Below, piece after piece: positions 48,941-62,690 of a stretch of DNA of 64,000 nt (the stretch's first letter is position 1; every line of letters starts with the position of its first letter). A program made the translations under genes and the position numbers. The notes below the pieces were generated by a model. The model was not told the DNA's origin. It worked only from the letters and a program-made list of their open reading frames with translations, and searched no databases. Source of the DNA: Thalia democratica (Eukaryota); assembly GCA_965202585.1 (NCBI GenBank), contig OZ241828.1:24738001-24802000 (forward strand), read 5' to 3'.

Positions 48941-51900
48941 AGATATAACAAGTTTAGTAAAAGTTTCTGATACAAAACAAGTGTATAAAAAACAAACTTT
49001 TACAGTTATTTTTTACAGAATTTCATAAAATGTAAAACAAAATTAATTTTCTCTTGACTTGAGATTTAAATAAGTTTTATTAAATAAATTCATATAAAAC
49101 TTTTAGACAACAGCTTTTTTAATATCAAAAACATTTTTAAAAATCAAACTTTTATAAACTACATTTTGAAAGTTTATGAACTAAAGTAAAATAAATCATT
49201 TCTAGATAAAAACTACTTAAAAAAATAAACTACAAGTTATTTAAAATTATATTATTACTAAACTTTAGTTTTCCTTAACTTAAATGTGTTTTTTATAAAA
49301 AAAATTCCGAGACCCTTCTATTGTAACAGTGGATTTTAGTAACCAAATACTTATTTAACTATGAAAAATATATTTTTAAAACTTTAGTTTAAACTTACTA
49401 AAATATTGGTGCTATAGTAACAAATAAAATGTTTGAACTTTAATAAAATTTTTAATACATAACCACAAAAATTAAAATAAATTAACTTATAGAAATAAAA
49501 CGTCTTAGGGAATATTTCTAATAAAACAAGTCAAAAAAAACTAATAAACTAATTTTCTACAAAATTATAAATAGTACTAATTTTTAATAATGAAAAATTG
49601 TTATAAAAGTGTTAAAAAAAAAAAAAAATAAAAGGTAAATAAAGTTTAAAGTTATAAAACAAAAACTTCAAATAACTAAAAGCTTATATATAAAAATAAA
49701 ATTTTAAAGTATATAAGAAAACCTTTAGCAAGGTTTCATAGTTTTCTTTACTCTATATTTATAGAACTTTACAAACCTACGTATGATCAAATAATCATGA
49801 ATACTTTAGCAACAGCTTTATAGTTTTTTATCAAATGTTTCTTAAAAATTCAGTTTAAATGAGACGAACTAAACATTTTAAATTTAAATAAAGTTTTGAA
49901 AAATAGCACTAATTTTAAGTAGTTATACTAGACTAGTACTTATCTATTATTTATTATTTATTCAAGCTGTTCACCCCGCTAACTTATATATATTCTACTT
50001 ATTATTTCTAAACTATATCAGTAGGCACTTCCCTCTACGTTACTGTAACGTTCTAAACATCATGTGTTAACACTACACAGGTCATCTATAAAATCATTGC
50101 AGTTTTCGAAATACTAATCGAACTAGGTTGGTTCGACATGTTTGTCGTATGCACTGTGTTGACATTTTGTCGTGTGCAAAGCAACAAACAGATCAAAAAA
50201 TTAAACAAGGGCGCTCTTAATTTCGCTTGACAAAGATACGGCGAACAAAGGTCCGGCAGACAAAGGTCTGGCAGAAAAAAAGAGGGTTTCTCAGGAGTGT
50301 GAAAACAAAACCGAGGAAGCTAGGAAAGTTCTTCATCCAATGAAAGAATGAAAGCCACTGAAGGTACTAATGGATCTTTGGACTGGTAACGCATCAATTG
50401 AACTTAAATAATGAACTTTCAGACAATTTTGAGGATTCATCTACCTCCGCTAGTGAAATACCTTTCACTGGCGGGAACTCAGCTGTTTTAGTTGAAACCG
50501 ATTAAAGTATCGGCGATTGAAAAGGCTGATGTTGATTAGAGTTGAAAGTTTCAGGTTGGCGACGTTTCTCAAACGGTACTGCCGAGTTTTACAGACTTGC
50601 CGATGAAGCGGAAGTTTCGTTGACTGGTGGATCCAACGATGGGAGGAAGAAAGGAGAAATGGAAGAACATTTCTCTGCGTTTTCAAAGTTGTTTGTCGTG
50701 AGTTTGTTGGAAATTGAAAAAATAGTTGAAAGACTCAATACCAACTTCAAATTGTTTCCAGTGAAGTTTTAGTGCTTGATGGTTGAAGAGCTGAAGAAAG
50801 TCATTGTTTTGTATTTTGAACATTAGTTAAATTTTGTTTTCTATTTTATAATTTTTGTAGTGTTGACAAATGCTTTTGTTTTTGAAATCTTTCCTATTGT
50901 TTGAATGTAAATTAATAGCATAATAAATAGTTTGTGTGAAAAAATATTTAGCAGTAATGTACATTGTAGTTTAGTATATTTTAGTTGAACCTGCTTTAAT
51001 ATAACAAAAAGCTAGTTTAAAAATTTAATCTTGGTTGACTAATAAGTTTGTTGAATGAAAACGCAAAAATATTTGTAACACTTATGTCAAAGTTCACTTA
51101 TATTTCTGAATTAGTATATTGATTTTCAACATAAATAGTAATTTTTTTTTCTAATATTTATATTTAATAAAAGATAGTATGTAAGTACATAGTTTAAGTG
51201 ATTACCAAGTTAACATAAATAAAGATTTTTTTTGAAAAATTAAACTACAACTTTAAAGCAAAACCTTAAATGAGATCCACACAGGTATCAATTTTATTAA
51301 AATATTTTATTATTTGTGCATATATTATAATATTATTCCCATTCTCAGTCTTAAACTGTTAAAACTATTTATTTTATTTTATTTTTTTTCAAGTCTGTTG
51401 ATTAGTTAAATATATTTTATTAAGATATAAGATAAATTGTGCATATATTATAATATACCCATTTCCAGTTGTAAATCATAATTATTGGAGAATTAGTATA
51501 CATATATATTTTTTCTTGAGTTGAATTATTAGTAGTTTATACTCTCTTTGATTATCTCTCAACTAAATATATTCAATTTTTTATCTTATTTTTTAAATTT
51601 AACATCTGAAATCTAACCCTCATTCTATTTTTCGCTTATCTAAAATTTTTCACAAAAAGCCATTTTATACTCTGTCATCATAATACAACTCTGTTAACAA
51701 TAACAACAACAATGCTTTCATAAAAATTTTTAATGCTTACTCCCTGGTTTTATTTTGAACATTATTACATTATTAATTTATTATTAGAACTGTGTGCTTA
51801 ATAATATGTATATACTACTCCATAACTTCTAACTCTGTAAAAGTTTTAATCTCTTTAAATCCATTAGATATCAATACCCCACAGTATACTATGGTTTAAT

Positions 51901-53856
51901 TGTATTGTTTGTAGACTATAATTTGATAGTTTTAAAATTAAAGGTTGTTCTACATTAACATAATTCTTAATTTATTTTATTTTTTTATATCAGCTTAACT
52001 CAAACCAATTTTCAAATATTTGTCATTTTTAATATTATTATTTTACCACAGATTTACAATTTGAAAATCCGCTCTGCGGTGAAACTGAGTAATTGTTTAT
52101 TCTCAAAAATAATAAATTATTAATTATTAGAGTTTTACCAAAAACATTGTTGTCATATTATAGTAAAAGCTTGTATTTAGTTTTACGTGTATGCTATCAG
52201 TTTTAAATTTTTAGAGATGTATTTTGTTTATATTTTTTAGTTTTGATAATAGTAGATATTGTTATTTTCAATTAGTTTAGTGTGAACGGTGATTTTATTA
52301 TCATTTATAAAATGAAATACTAAGCACAAATTCTATTTTTACATTACGGTACTTTACATTATGTCGTATAATTGTTTATACCAAGCAAAATTAATTAAAA
52401 CAATTATAAAAAAGTCAACTAAATAGTTAGAAAAATTATAGAAAAAAAGTAAATAACGTTACATTTAGACGATATGTTGTTTAATGCGTATGTAGATATG
52501 TAAAGTTATCTATAAACTTTATAACTGATCACAAATCCGACAAATGTGTAAACACTTAGTAATTTAAGTTTGAAGTACTTGACATTATTAAAAAAGTCAA
52601 ACAACTAAAGTTAGTCCACTACATTCAAGGTTGTTTAATATTTATCGCAGTAATTAGAAAAACAATTTTAAAGCTTAATTTAACGTTTTTAGAATAGATA
52701 ATTGTTTGTATACTTTTACTTAGCAAAGCAAACATATTGCAATACATCTTACTTTAGTTTGTACAATTTATATATCCGAACGAAGTAGTTTGATGTACTA
52801 CAATAACTTATTGTTTGAAAAAGTTTGCATGTTTTGTTTTAATTCAATTTCATGAAAAAAAAAGTTTGTGCTTGAACTTTAAGATTACGGTTTTTAAATA
52901 AACTTGTTTTTAATTTCATTTTCAAGTTGTATTTTGTTAATTTGTTCTGCGGAAAATCTCAAGACGGTAAGAAGTAAGTTTATAGAAAGTTGGCAGACAA
53001 AACGTATTTCAAGCAGCATTAAAAAAATTTTGATTTACAGTACGTGCCTTGTATATAAAGCTATAGTAAATTGGACTGTTCGCAGCAAAACAATAAAAAT
53101 AAAATGTTAATTAACATAAATAAAACAACTGATAAAACAATGTTATAGTTGAAACGAAACAAGATTCCTTTACTGATGCAAATACTATGGTTTGCCGATG
53201 AGCAATCGAAAAAAACTATTATTCTCATTTAAAAGGATATAAGTTTAGCGACATGAAGTAGTATTTTTTGGTGCTTAAAAAGAACATTTTTCAAGTATTG
53301 TTTTTGTCTAGCTTTGAAATGATAGTTTTTACAGTATACATTTATACAACGTCAAGCGTTTTATGAAAAAGATGGTTATTACCATATAATTATTTTATAT
53401 TTGGTTTAGACAACATGTAAATTTCGAATTTAAGCGTATTTAACCTGAAGTTTATAAAAAACATAGAAACTAAACCTTTAAAAACAAAGTATATTTTTAT
53501 ATTGCATAGTAAAAATGACTTTAGCTAATAAATTATAAAAATAAGTTTAGAAATAAAAATAAAGCACAGTTTGAAATAAACTATTAACTTTTAAATAAAA
53601 ATATTAGTTAATGTGACAATATATAGTTTATTTTATCTGCTTGAATAGTTGACTCTTATTACTAATCAATACTAAACAAAACAGTTAATGCCATGAATAA
53701 AATAACAACGAATTATTTCTAATGTATACACAAATGATCTAACATATATGTATATATATATATAGAATTAAGTTATTTAACTTAATAAATTAAATTTTTC
53801 ACACTGAGCCCACCTTGAGGGCTTTATTAATAAAAAGGTTTATTTAAAGATGCAAA

Positions 53857-53903
53857 ACTCAAAGGACTCGAGTTTCGTGACTATTCACTCATGAGCTTCA
53901 AAA
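53857..53903 (-). ncRNA. Minimal type-I hammerhead ribozyme motif, core-mutated (CUCAUGA in place of CUGAUGA)
   Basis: Minus strand: TTTTGAAG-CTCATGA-GTGA(ATAG)TCAC-GAAAC-TCGA-GTC-CTTTGAG. Stem II is perfect, the stem III loop TCGA is palindromic, the cleavage triplet is GUC, and stem I pairs with wobbles. Confidence 0.7.
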
Positions 53904-53914
53904 CAGAAGTTTTG

Positions 53915-53961
53915 TTTTGAAGCTCATGAGTAAATAGTCACGAAACTCGAGTCCTTTGAGT
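53915..53961 (+). ncRNA. Second hammerhead motif (mirror arm), core-mutated, with one stem II mismatch
   Basis: CTCATGA 53923-53929, GTAA(ATAG)TCAC, GAAAC 53942-53946, TCGA, GTC 53951-53953. Confidence 0.65.
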
Positions 53962-53987
53962 TTTGCATCTTTAAATAAACCTTTTTT

Positions 53988-54024
53988 ATATATATATTTA
54001 TATATATTTGTATATATATATATA
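53988..54024. repeat. Interrupted (TA)n microsatellite abutting the hammerhead palindrome; another (TA)n lies at 53743-53764
   Basis: Direct reading. Confidence 0.9.
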
Positions 54025-57000
54025 TTAAAACTTTGTTTTGACTAAAACTCACGAGTATTTCTTAGTTAAAACATACCAAATAATTGTAAACATACCTAGT
54101 TGAGAACAATAGTTTGGAATTGCAAGAAACTGAAAACCTAAAACTATTTGCATTCTATTTTACCTTAAAATAACTAGGAAAGGTTTAAAGAATTTAAGGA
54201 CCATAAAAATAGGAAAATTAAACCAAAACTTTTTTGGTTATACATGTTGTTTGCTTTATAAATTTTAAAAAGTCTGTAAAAAACATTTGTTAATACTTCT
54301 GGTTTTCTTTATTTTAGTTCATTTAACAAAGAAGACGTTTTGTAGTTTCTTGAATCACTTATTATACAAAGTTTGAGCTCTAATCCAAAAAACTGTAATT
54401 AGAAAAAAATAAGTTAGTCCTAGCTCTACTGTACGCTAAAGTATATGATTAATAAGTAATAAACTAGACTACTTTTTGATTTTTTTGTATCAAACTACTC
54501 AAAAATATAAATAGACAACTGTTAGTACAAATCTTTGCAGTTTTTCACTTATTTATACCTTAGTCCATTTTATATAGTTATAACTTTTGTAAATAGATAT
54601 TTTGCTGATTTTTATTAACATATTTGTAGTCTATATATTTTAAAACTAAAATTATTGTTTAAAAAAAAAGCAAATTACTCAGAAGTTATTGTTTGTATTG
54701 TTTTTGTTTCTAACAACTCACTTACAACGTATTTTACTTTTGTTTTACAAGATTAAACTAATAGAAGCTTGTACTAGTATTATTTAAATAAAAGTAATCT
54801 TTCAGTTGTAAAATACAATTTTACTTCAACTAAATAAAACCAAAAAAAAACATATTTTTACTGCAACACGTTAAATGTTTAATATATAGATGTAGTTTGG
54901 TCAAGTGTAAGTGTTCAAAGCACAGTCGTTATAAACCAAGTTATCTACAGTTTTGCGGTTTAAAAATTTATATTGTTTGCATCTAACTCGACAAGTTTTA
55001 GAAGCATAACTATCTGTGTTTGAACTTAAAAATATACAATAATTTTACTTTTGTACGGTTTATAAATGTTAACACAGCACTGATCGTTTCTTTTCATACT
55101 TCGGTTGTTTTTTGAAAATGTTAAACACTAAGTGATGATCTTGAGTTCCGCGTCGATCAAAATGGAATATAGTTTACGTTAAAACTTTATTTTAAAGTTT
55201 GTTGTATTTAATCTTTACAATAGTCGTTTAAACTTTAAACGAAGACTACAATGTAACTATTTTAGGCTACATATTTTGTGCAATTAAGAATTTTTAATAG
55301 TTAAAGCTTTAAATAACTATTTTTATTTTTTTGCTGAGCATTGTACAAATGTGCTTTTAAAGCCTTATAATTTCAAATTATTAACTTATAGATTTTTTAA
55401 GATAACTTTAAGAGAAAGTAATTGTGCAATCCACGATTTGTTATAGCTTTTGCTCCATTATGTGTGTAGTTTTTTAAAAAAAGTTAATAAGTTGAACAGT
55501 TTTTAGACAATCTTTGCTTTGTACTAGATATAAAAACTTTGTATAACAATTAATGTTTTTACCAATAAAGTTTAACATTTTAGTTAAGCTAACTTCTTAC
55601 TTAATAGTTAAAAAAAACTATTTTAAGACCTCTAAAATAATTACCGATAGTAACTTAATTATGTTGTACAAAGACGTATCTTACTAAATTAATGCTTTGC
55701 AAGATAATTTAATTTGAAAATAAACTATAAAGTAACTTTATTAGTAAATTTGCCTTTTTAATGATCTCATGATTTACTGGTTTTTCATTATCATTATTTA
55801 ACAAATTGAACTTTAATTCTATTAGTTAGATCATATTTATACACTAAATTATATTAGTCAAAACTTCTAGTATATTGAGTATATTAACTATTTGTAATAT
55901 GTTTTACGTCTATTCATACTTTCTTTTTGTAAAAATACTGTACTTAGTTTATGCATTTAACCATACAATGCATGCTAAAGTTTTAAATGTTGATGTCAAG
56001 TCATTTAAATGAAAAAAGTATTACGATTAATGTTTTTTACAAAATAATCAAAAGTATTAAATTTTGTTATATGTTTTCACTAAATTATTAACAGATTAAT
56101 TTTACATGACCAAAAGTATGTACTTAGTTTTTCACTAAAACATGATTAAGTTTATCAAATTAGTGTCGCTTAAATTATTTCAATGACAAATTTATCTTCA
56201 TAGGTGGTTCGAACTAAATTAAATTTCTAACAAGTTATTTTGATGTATTGAACTAAAAACAGATATAAAACTTTTATCTATACAAAATTATTAAAATTTT
56301 ACTAAAAAATCATTGTACATAATGTTTGGATAGTATAAGCTTGTGTTTAGTTTCACTTGTTGTCTATCAGTGTTAAATTTTTAGAGATGTATTTTGTTTT
56401 ATTTTCAAGTCTAGATAGTAGTAGATATTATTATTTTCAATTAATTTTAATGTAAAAGATGTTTTTGTACCTTATATCATTTATAAAACGAGATAATAAG
56501 AAAAAATTCATGTATATTTGTTTTTACACTATACTACTTTACATTATTTCGTATAATAGTTTTTTTCTATATACCTAGAAAAGTTGAAAACAACAATCAC
56601 AGAATCAATAACTTAATTGCAAAAATTAGAGAAAATAGTATACATAATTATACCTATACTATATGTTGTTTAATGTTAATGTGTATATGTAAAGTTTTTC
56701 TATATACTTATAAGTGTAGTTCATTAAAAATCCGACATATGTGTAAATACTTATCACTTAAATTAGAATTAAATAAAGTAATTGACATTATTAAGAAAGT
56801 CTAACAACTAAAGTTAGTCTACTACATTCAAGGCTGTTTAATATCTATCGCAGTAATTAGATGAAAAATTTAATGCCTAATTTTGCGTTTTTGAAATAGA
56901 TACTTTTTTGTATACTTTTACTTAGCAATGCAAACAGTTTTGCAATACATCTTACTTTAGTTTGTACACTTTATATATCAGACTGAACAAGTTTGATGTA

Positions 57001-57968
57001 TTACAAACAACTTATTGTTAAAAAAAATTGCATTTAATTTAATGTTACATAAAATAGCTAGAATTTTTCGCTTATGGTGTATTAAATAAACTTGTTTTAG
57101 ATTTTGTTTTCAAGAAGTATTTTGTTTATTTGTCAAGGAAGATCTCAGGACGGTAGGAAGAAAGTTTATAAAAAAGTTAGCAAACAATAAAAAATACTTC
57201 AAGCAGCATTAAAAAAACTTTAGTTTTCAGTACGTGCCTTATATATATATAAGTCTATAGTTAATTAAAGTGAAACTATAAACATAAAACATTAGTTAGG
57301 AAACACAAAACAACTGATAAAATGTTCAAATTGAAACGAAACAGTTATGTTTAACTGATGTAAATACTCCTGTTTACCGCTGAACAGTTGAAAAAAACTA
57401 GTATTCTTAATTAATAAATATAAAAATTAAAAAAAAAATAAGTTTAGCGACACGAAGTAGCATATTTTGGTGCTTAAAGTGAAAAATTTCTCAAATGTTG
57501 ATTTTGTTCATTTTTGAAATAATTGTTTTCACAGTATATATTTAAACGACGTCAACTTTTTTATGAAAAAAAGGCTGGTTTCTACTGTATGATTGTTTTA
57601 TATTCAGTTGATACTACATGTAAACTTTGAAATTAAACTTATTTCACCTGAAATTTATAAGCAACATAGAAACTTAATCTTTTGTAAAATATATTTTTTT
57701 ATTGCATGAGAAAAACAGCTTAAGCTAATAAATTTTAAAAATAAATTGCAATAAGATATTCTTTGATATACAATCTATTTTCTTAAAACAGTTGGTCGTT
57801 TCATCGAGTAAAAAGTTTATAATGAAAAAAATTATGTTGTAAAACTTTAGAGGAGTTTTTACTTTTATTAAGTTAAAATTTGTAAAAGTTTAAAAATAAG
57901 TGCTTTTCACATTTCGCCTATTTACGTGACACTTTAGAAACAACGTAAGAAGTTTCAAATCAATTACA

Positions 57969-58321
57969 ATTCAGACTGATTCGTTCAAATCAATTGATCG
58001 TTTTATTGTGTTACATACATATTTAATTTTTGTGTTTCAAAATCATTCTTTATTGTTTCGCTAAACCTCCTTTAAAAAAAATAACAAAAAATTAAGAATT
58101 AAAAACAAAACAGATCAATTAGAGTTTAGACTGATTCGTTCAAATCAATTGATCGTTTTATTGTGTTATATACAAATTTAATTTTTGTGTTTCAAAATCT
58201 TTCTTTATTGTTTCGCAAAACCTCCTTTAAAAAAAAAAAACAAAAAATTAAGAATTAAAAAACAAAACAGAACAATTATAATTCAGACTGATTCGTTCAA
58301 ATCAATTGATCGTTTTATTGA
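57969..58321 (+). repeat. Tandem repeat, ~156-bp unit, about 2.3 copies
   Basis: AGACTGATTCGTTCAAATCAATTGATCGTTTTATTG recurs at ~57973, ~58127 and ~58285. Confidence 0.9.
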
Positions 58322-61300
58322 GTTACACGTTCAGAGAGTCCATATGCTGTTAATCTCATATAAAAAAGATCATGCACTTTAAGTTGCACACAGTACTTGA
58401 GCATAGTAGCGGGCGCAAAAGAATGTTCAAGAAAGTTAAAAGCTGTTTTATTCTAACTGTTTCACTTTAGCAGAATGTTGTTTTAAAACAAACTTACTTT
58501 GTGTTATTTTTATATGTCATGTCAAGTTTTACAAAAACAAATTTTTTGTTTGTATCTTTTTGTTTTGCACAAAACAAAAAGAACATAAGTTACTGTAAGA
58601 AAATTTTTTAGTTGTTTTTTTTACTTTATTGTTTTCATAAGAACCCACTTTATAATATTTAAAGTTAGTTTACTTTTTGAAAAATACGTTTGTTTGTTTT
58701 ATTGTTTTTTTTTTGCAAAAAGTGTAGCAAATGAACTTTACAGTACTGTAAGTAGCTTTTTACTGATTAATTGATTACTTAAAAATTGTTTAATAACTTT
58801 TTAAGTTATTAAAATTATTTACGCACAAGTTACATAGTGTAAACTTCAATTTTTGTTGAAATACTTAAGGTTTTATGTTTTAAGTCTAGCTCACTACCGC
58901 AGTTTGAATATTTATAGGACAGTTTTTAAGTTATAATTTAGATGCTTGATAATTTGCTTTAAGGTACTTTTTTGTTTTAGAAGATTTGTACGTGTTTAGT
59001 TAACGAAACATTTAATTTACTACGATTAACAGTGGTTTTAACAGTTTAAGATTACACTATTTTTATAAACAGTATAAGCTTTTATCAAAGTTATATCATA
59101 CTTCAAGTTTTAACCTATAGAGTTTGATGAACTTGATGTTGCAACCTGAGTAATTGTTTAAGTATTTGTATACATTTGATAAAGTGATTCAAATTTTGTA
59201 GATTACTATCACTTTATGAGTAAATCCAAAGTTTTAAAAGTTTTAGTACCACGATTACAAAAAGTATAAATAAATAAATAAATCGTTTCTCTATTCAGCT
59301 AAGAAAATTTCAGTTTGTTAAAATGCCTAAGGCATTTAAGTTTATCTGATAGTTGACTGATTGTAGTCTTAGCTTATCAAACTAAAACTTTATAATTAAA
59401 AGACCCCTAATACTAATTACATTTTTATGAAAGTTATGATTTAACAACTATCATGAAAAAGAATTAAAAAATAACTATTCTTGAGGTTTAAACAAGGTTA
59501 AATAAATCATTGTTGCAGTTTTTTTAAATCTATAAAAACTAATGAGATGTAAAGATGTTTAACATTTTTGAGGCTTGGAACAAACTGATTGCACACATAG
59601 CCACAGTATTTTAATTTAAACTTTAATCAAAAGACCAAGTTTAAACAAAAAAATTATAAATGGCTTATTAAGTTAATAAAGTATATGGAAAAGTTTTACA
59701 ACGACATCAATTAACTTTAATTCATACGAAACTATGCCTGGTTTTGTTAAAACAATAAAGCTAAGTCAGATGTTTCATGAACTAAAGGAAAGAATATTTT
59801 TTCTTACTTTGAACACATACTTAATTTAGGTTTCAAAATATCTAGATTACAATTTTTGTCACGATAACTTAAAATTAAATAATTTTATCGAGCTAGTTTT
59901 TTTTCAAACTCTAAAAAATAATATTAAAGTTTATCAACTTCCATCTTGTAAAACAAACTTTGAAATTATTTTTTTTATTTCAACCTAGTTGTTTACCACA
60001 ATCGTTGAAAGAAAAACTTTATAACTACGTGGATTAAAACTTTATTCAAAAAAATGTTTTTAACTTCTTTAAAAACTAAAACATTTTTTCTAATAACAGT
60101 CCGTAAAATAAAACAAAATAATGAAAAAAAAAATTATATAAGGTTTAAAGTTTATAAATTTACAATTTATTCTTCCTATTTCATAAAATAAAAAAAAAAC
60201 TACAAAGATTGTAAACTTTCAAATATGTTTTATTAGTTTCCAGTGCAAAAATGTCTTCAATTTTAAGCAATTGCTACGCTAAGTAATTTTGATTTGAAAT
60301 TGTCTTTAAGGGCCATTAAGCTGAAGTTATGTCGTTTTGAAATTCCAATACTCAATGCAAATTCAATTCTTAAAAATATTCAATTATAAATACATCATAA
60401 ACTTCAATCGGTATTAAGACGTGGTTTATAATTTTTTCTTAGACAAAAAAGTTTTAAAATTAACTTATTTAAACTAGTCGGTAAAATTGAACAAAGTCAA
60501 AATTGAAAGTTTTGAAGAAAATTAAAAAATAAATAAAACTAATAATATTAAGCTTATAACTTTCTAATTTAAAAGTTTGCATAGCTGAAGCTATTGATTT
60601 TTTTAGTGTTGATATTTATAATCTTTACTTTTTTAATAGAGTATAAAAATGTGTAACAAAGTTTATACCGTTTTTAAGAAATTTTTAACTGTTTGAAGAT
60701 CTTCAAACAAATAAAATTTTGTTAACAAAAAGTTAAACTTTACGAAAATTATAATAATCTTCAGGTTTAGAATCTTAAGGAAAACATATCATATTTTTTA
60801 AATATTTTTGCCGCTATATGCTTTATAACTACTAGTTTAATATTGAAAAATTAGACAGTTTAAAATCTATTGCTTAAGTAAAACAACAAGTGTTCATAAA
60901 TTATTGCAGTATTATTATTCTGATATTCAAAAAAAGTTTTGGAAAAAAATTAAACTATGTAGGACTAATAGATAAATTATTATTTTTTTAATTTTTTTCA
61001 GCAATTTAAACGTTTTTTTACAAGTTTTTTTCACAATTAGTAGTAGTTAAAAACAAAACAACAAAGCAAATAAGTATTATTTTATTTAAACAAATTTCAA
61101 AAAATAAAAATGTTCTTATATAATTAAAAAAAAAAAAATTACCAGTTTGTCTGTCAAGTAAAGAAATAATATAGTTTTAAGACAAATTTTTTAAACCTTA
61201 TCAAGTTTTATGAGTTTTGGCTTAAAAAAATATACCAAAGTATGTATAAAAAGTCCAGTTTTTATTAATTTCGCTTGAACTTTCAAGTGTATCAAATTAA

Positions 61301-62690
61301 AACTATAATATATATTGATAAAATATACAAACATCTTAATTTAAATACATAATGATATAATTATAATACAAAATATTTTTTTTCGTATGTAGTTTTTAAT
61401 TTGTAACATTAAAAGAAAAAAAAGCTATACGTATTGCTTTATGTATTTAATGAATTAGTTAAACGTTAGTGGTTTACTATTTGAAATATTTAGCTATTTT
61501 TAGGACTTAAAAACTTAGTTTTTAGTTAAAAAAAGCGTTCATTTATAATTATAAGTAAATTTTATATACTTTATCAAGTGTTAATAACTAACTTATGTTT
61601 TACCCTGTAAAAAACCTTGATAGAACTTAAATGTTTTGCTATAGGAAGTTTTTGTTTAAATAAAACCGCTCAATTTTTTAAAACACACTCAAAACAAACC
61701 ATAGAGAAACTACTGAAACTAATTTAAATTGAATGCTCCAAATCTTTGTGGTGAAGTAAAGTTATGTATTCTATGGAAAACTTTATCCATACTACTTAAA
61801 CCTTTTTCTTATACAACCCAAACGTTTTCCATGCTTATCAAAATGTATATCATCTTTTATCAGAATTTTTAGATAAGAAGGCATATGTAGTTGTCAGATA
61901 GTTTTACCATATAATTAAGAAACTTAGTTTTAGTTTTATATAGAAAAGTTTAACAAAACTGTTATGATTTCTGATCACTTATGCTAATAAAAGCAAATTA
62001 TCATGATATATTTTCTCCTTGTGATTTGAGATTTGTAAAAATAAAGTTCATTTAGTTTGTGGTCGATTTGTCTAGAGCTACTTTTGATTTTTAAAAGTCA
62101 GTTTTGTAAGTAAATTTTAGGTACTATAAGGTTAAATTTATTTATTAAGAGCCTGGTTATTTATAGCCTTGATTTTTTAGAGCCTGATTATTATTATAAG
62201 GCCTGATTTATTAGATTTTGACTTTATAGTTCTTAAGTATGTGCAGTATTTAATTTATTTTAAAATAATTTTGAGATTGAACTTAAGTGTTTTGTTTAGA
62301 AGTTTTAACGAAAAGCTTTTTATGAGTAAACTTTTTTTTAGAGCTTTGTAAACTTTTTTTTAAAGCTTTTTTTTTTGCTTTTACTTTGATAATTTTTTTA
62401 GTGTTTGTTAAAGTTTTTACAAACTAAAAACACTTTAACTTGCTTTATAGATACGCTTAAAGGAATAATAATGATTTGGTGTAACTTTTTTAAACTTTAA
62501 ATATAAAACAGTATTGTATAAAAAATATTTATTTCCATAGTTTTATTAAAAAACAATTGAACACTTATTTCAACATAGAAAGTATATTCATTTAAACAAA
62601 AATAAAAACCCTTAAACATTATGTACAAATAAAAAACATTGAACATAAAACAGTAATTATCAAAATAAAATATTTTCTCAGTTTTAATTA

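Larger units (their letters stand above)
53832..53986. repeat. 155-bp near-perfect palindrome (74-bp arms, 1 mismatch, 7-nt spacer) carrying a hammerhead fold in each arm
   Basis: AAAAAGGTTTATTTAAAGATGC...CATGAGCTTCAAAACA-gaagttt-TGTTTTGAAGCTCATG...GCATCTTTAAATAAACCTTTTT, followed directly by (TA)n. Confidence 0.95.
52167..57745 (+). repeat. Direct duplication of ~1.4 kb (52167-53545 and 56337-57745)
   Basis: Collinear from AAGCTTGT(A/G)TTTAG...CTATCAG..TTAAATTTTTAGAGATGTATTTTG to AGCTAATAAATT(A/T)TAAAAATAA. Confidence 0.9.

Noticed and set aside
51290-51900. Minus-strand purine-skewed stretch reading like decayed coding sequence
   Set aside because: It has many stops and no recognisable domain, so nothing beyond compositional skew and a ~40-bp local duplication can be supported.
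55130-55340. Possible C/D snoRNA (GTGATGA box C)
   Set aside because: There is no box D CTGA at a normal distance and no terminal stem.
57969-58321. CRISPR-like repeat/spacer appearance
   Set aside because: The spacers are themselves near-identical (a tandem repeat), the context is eukaryotic, and there are no cas genes.
62150-62215. Short degenerate ~20-bp repeat with a GCCTGATT core
   Set aside because: An ordinary slippage minisatellite with no further structure.
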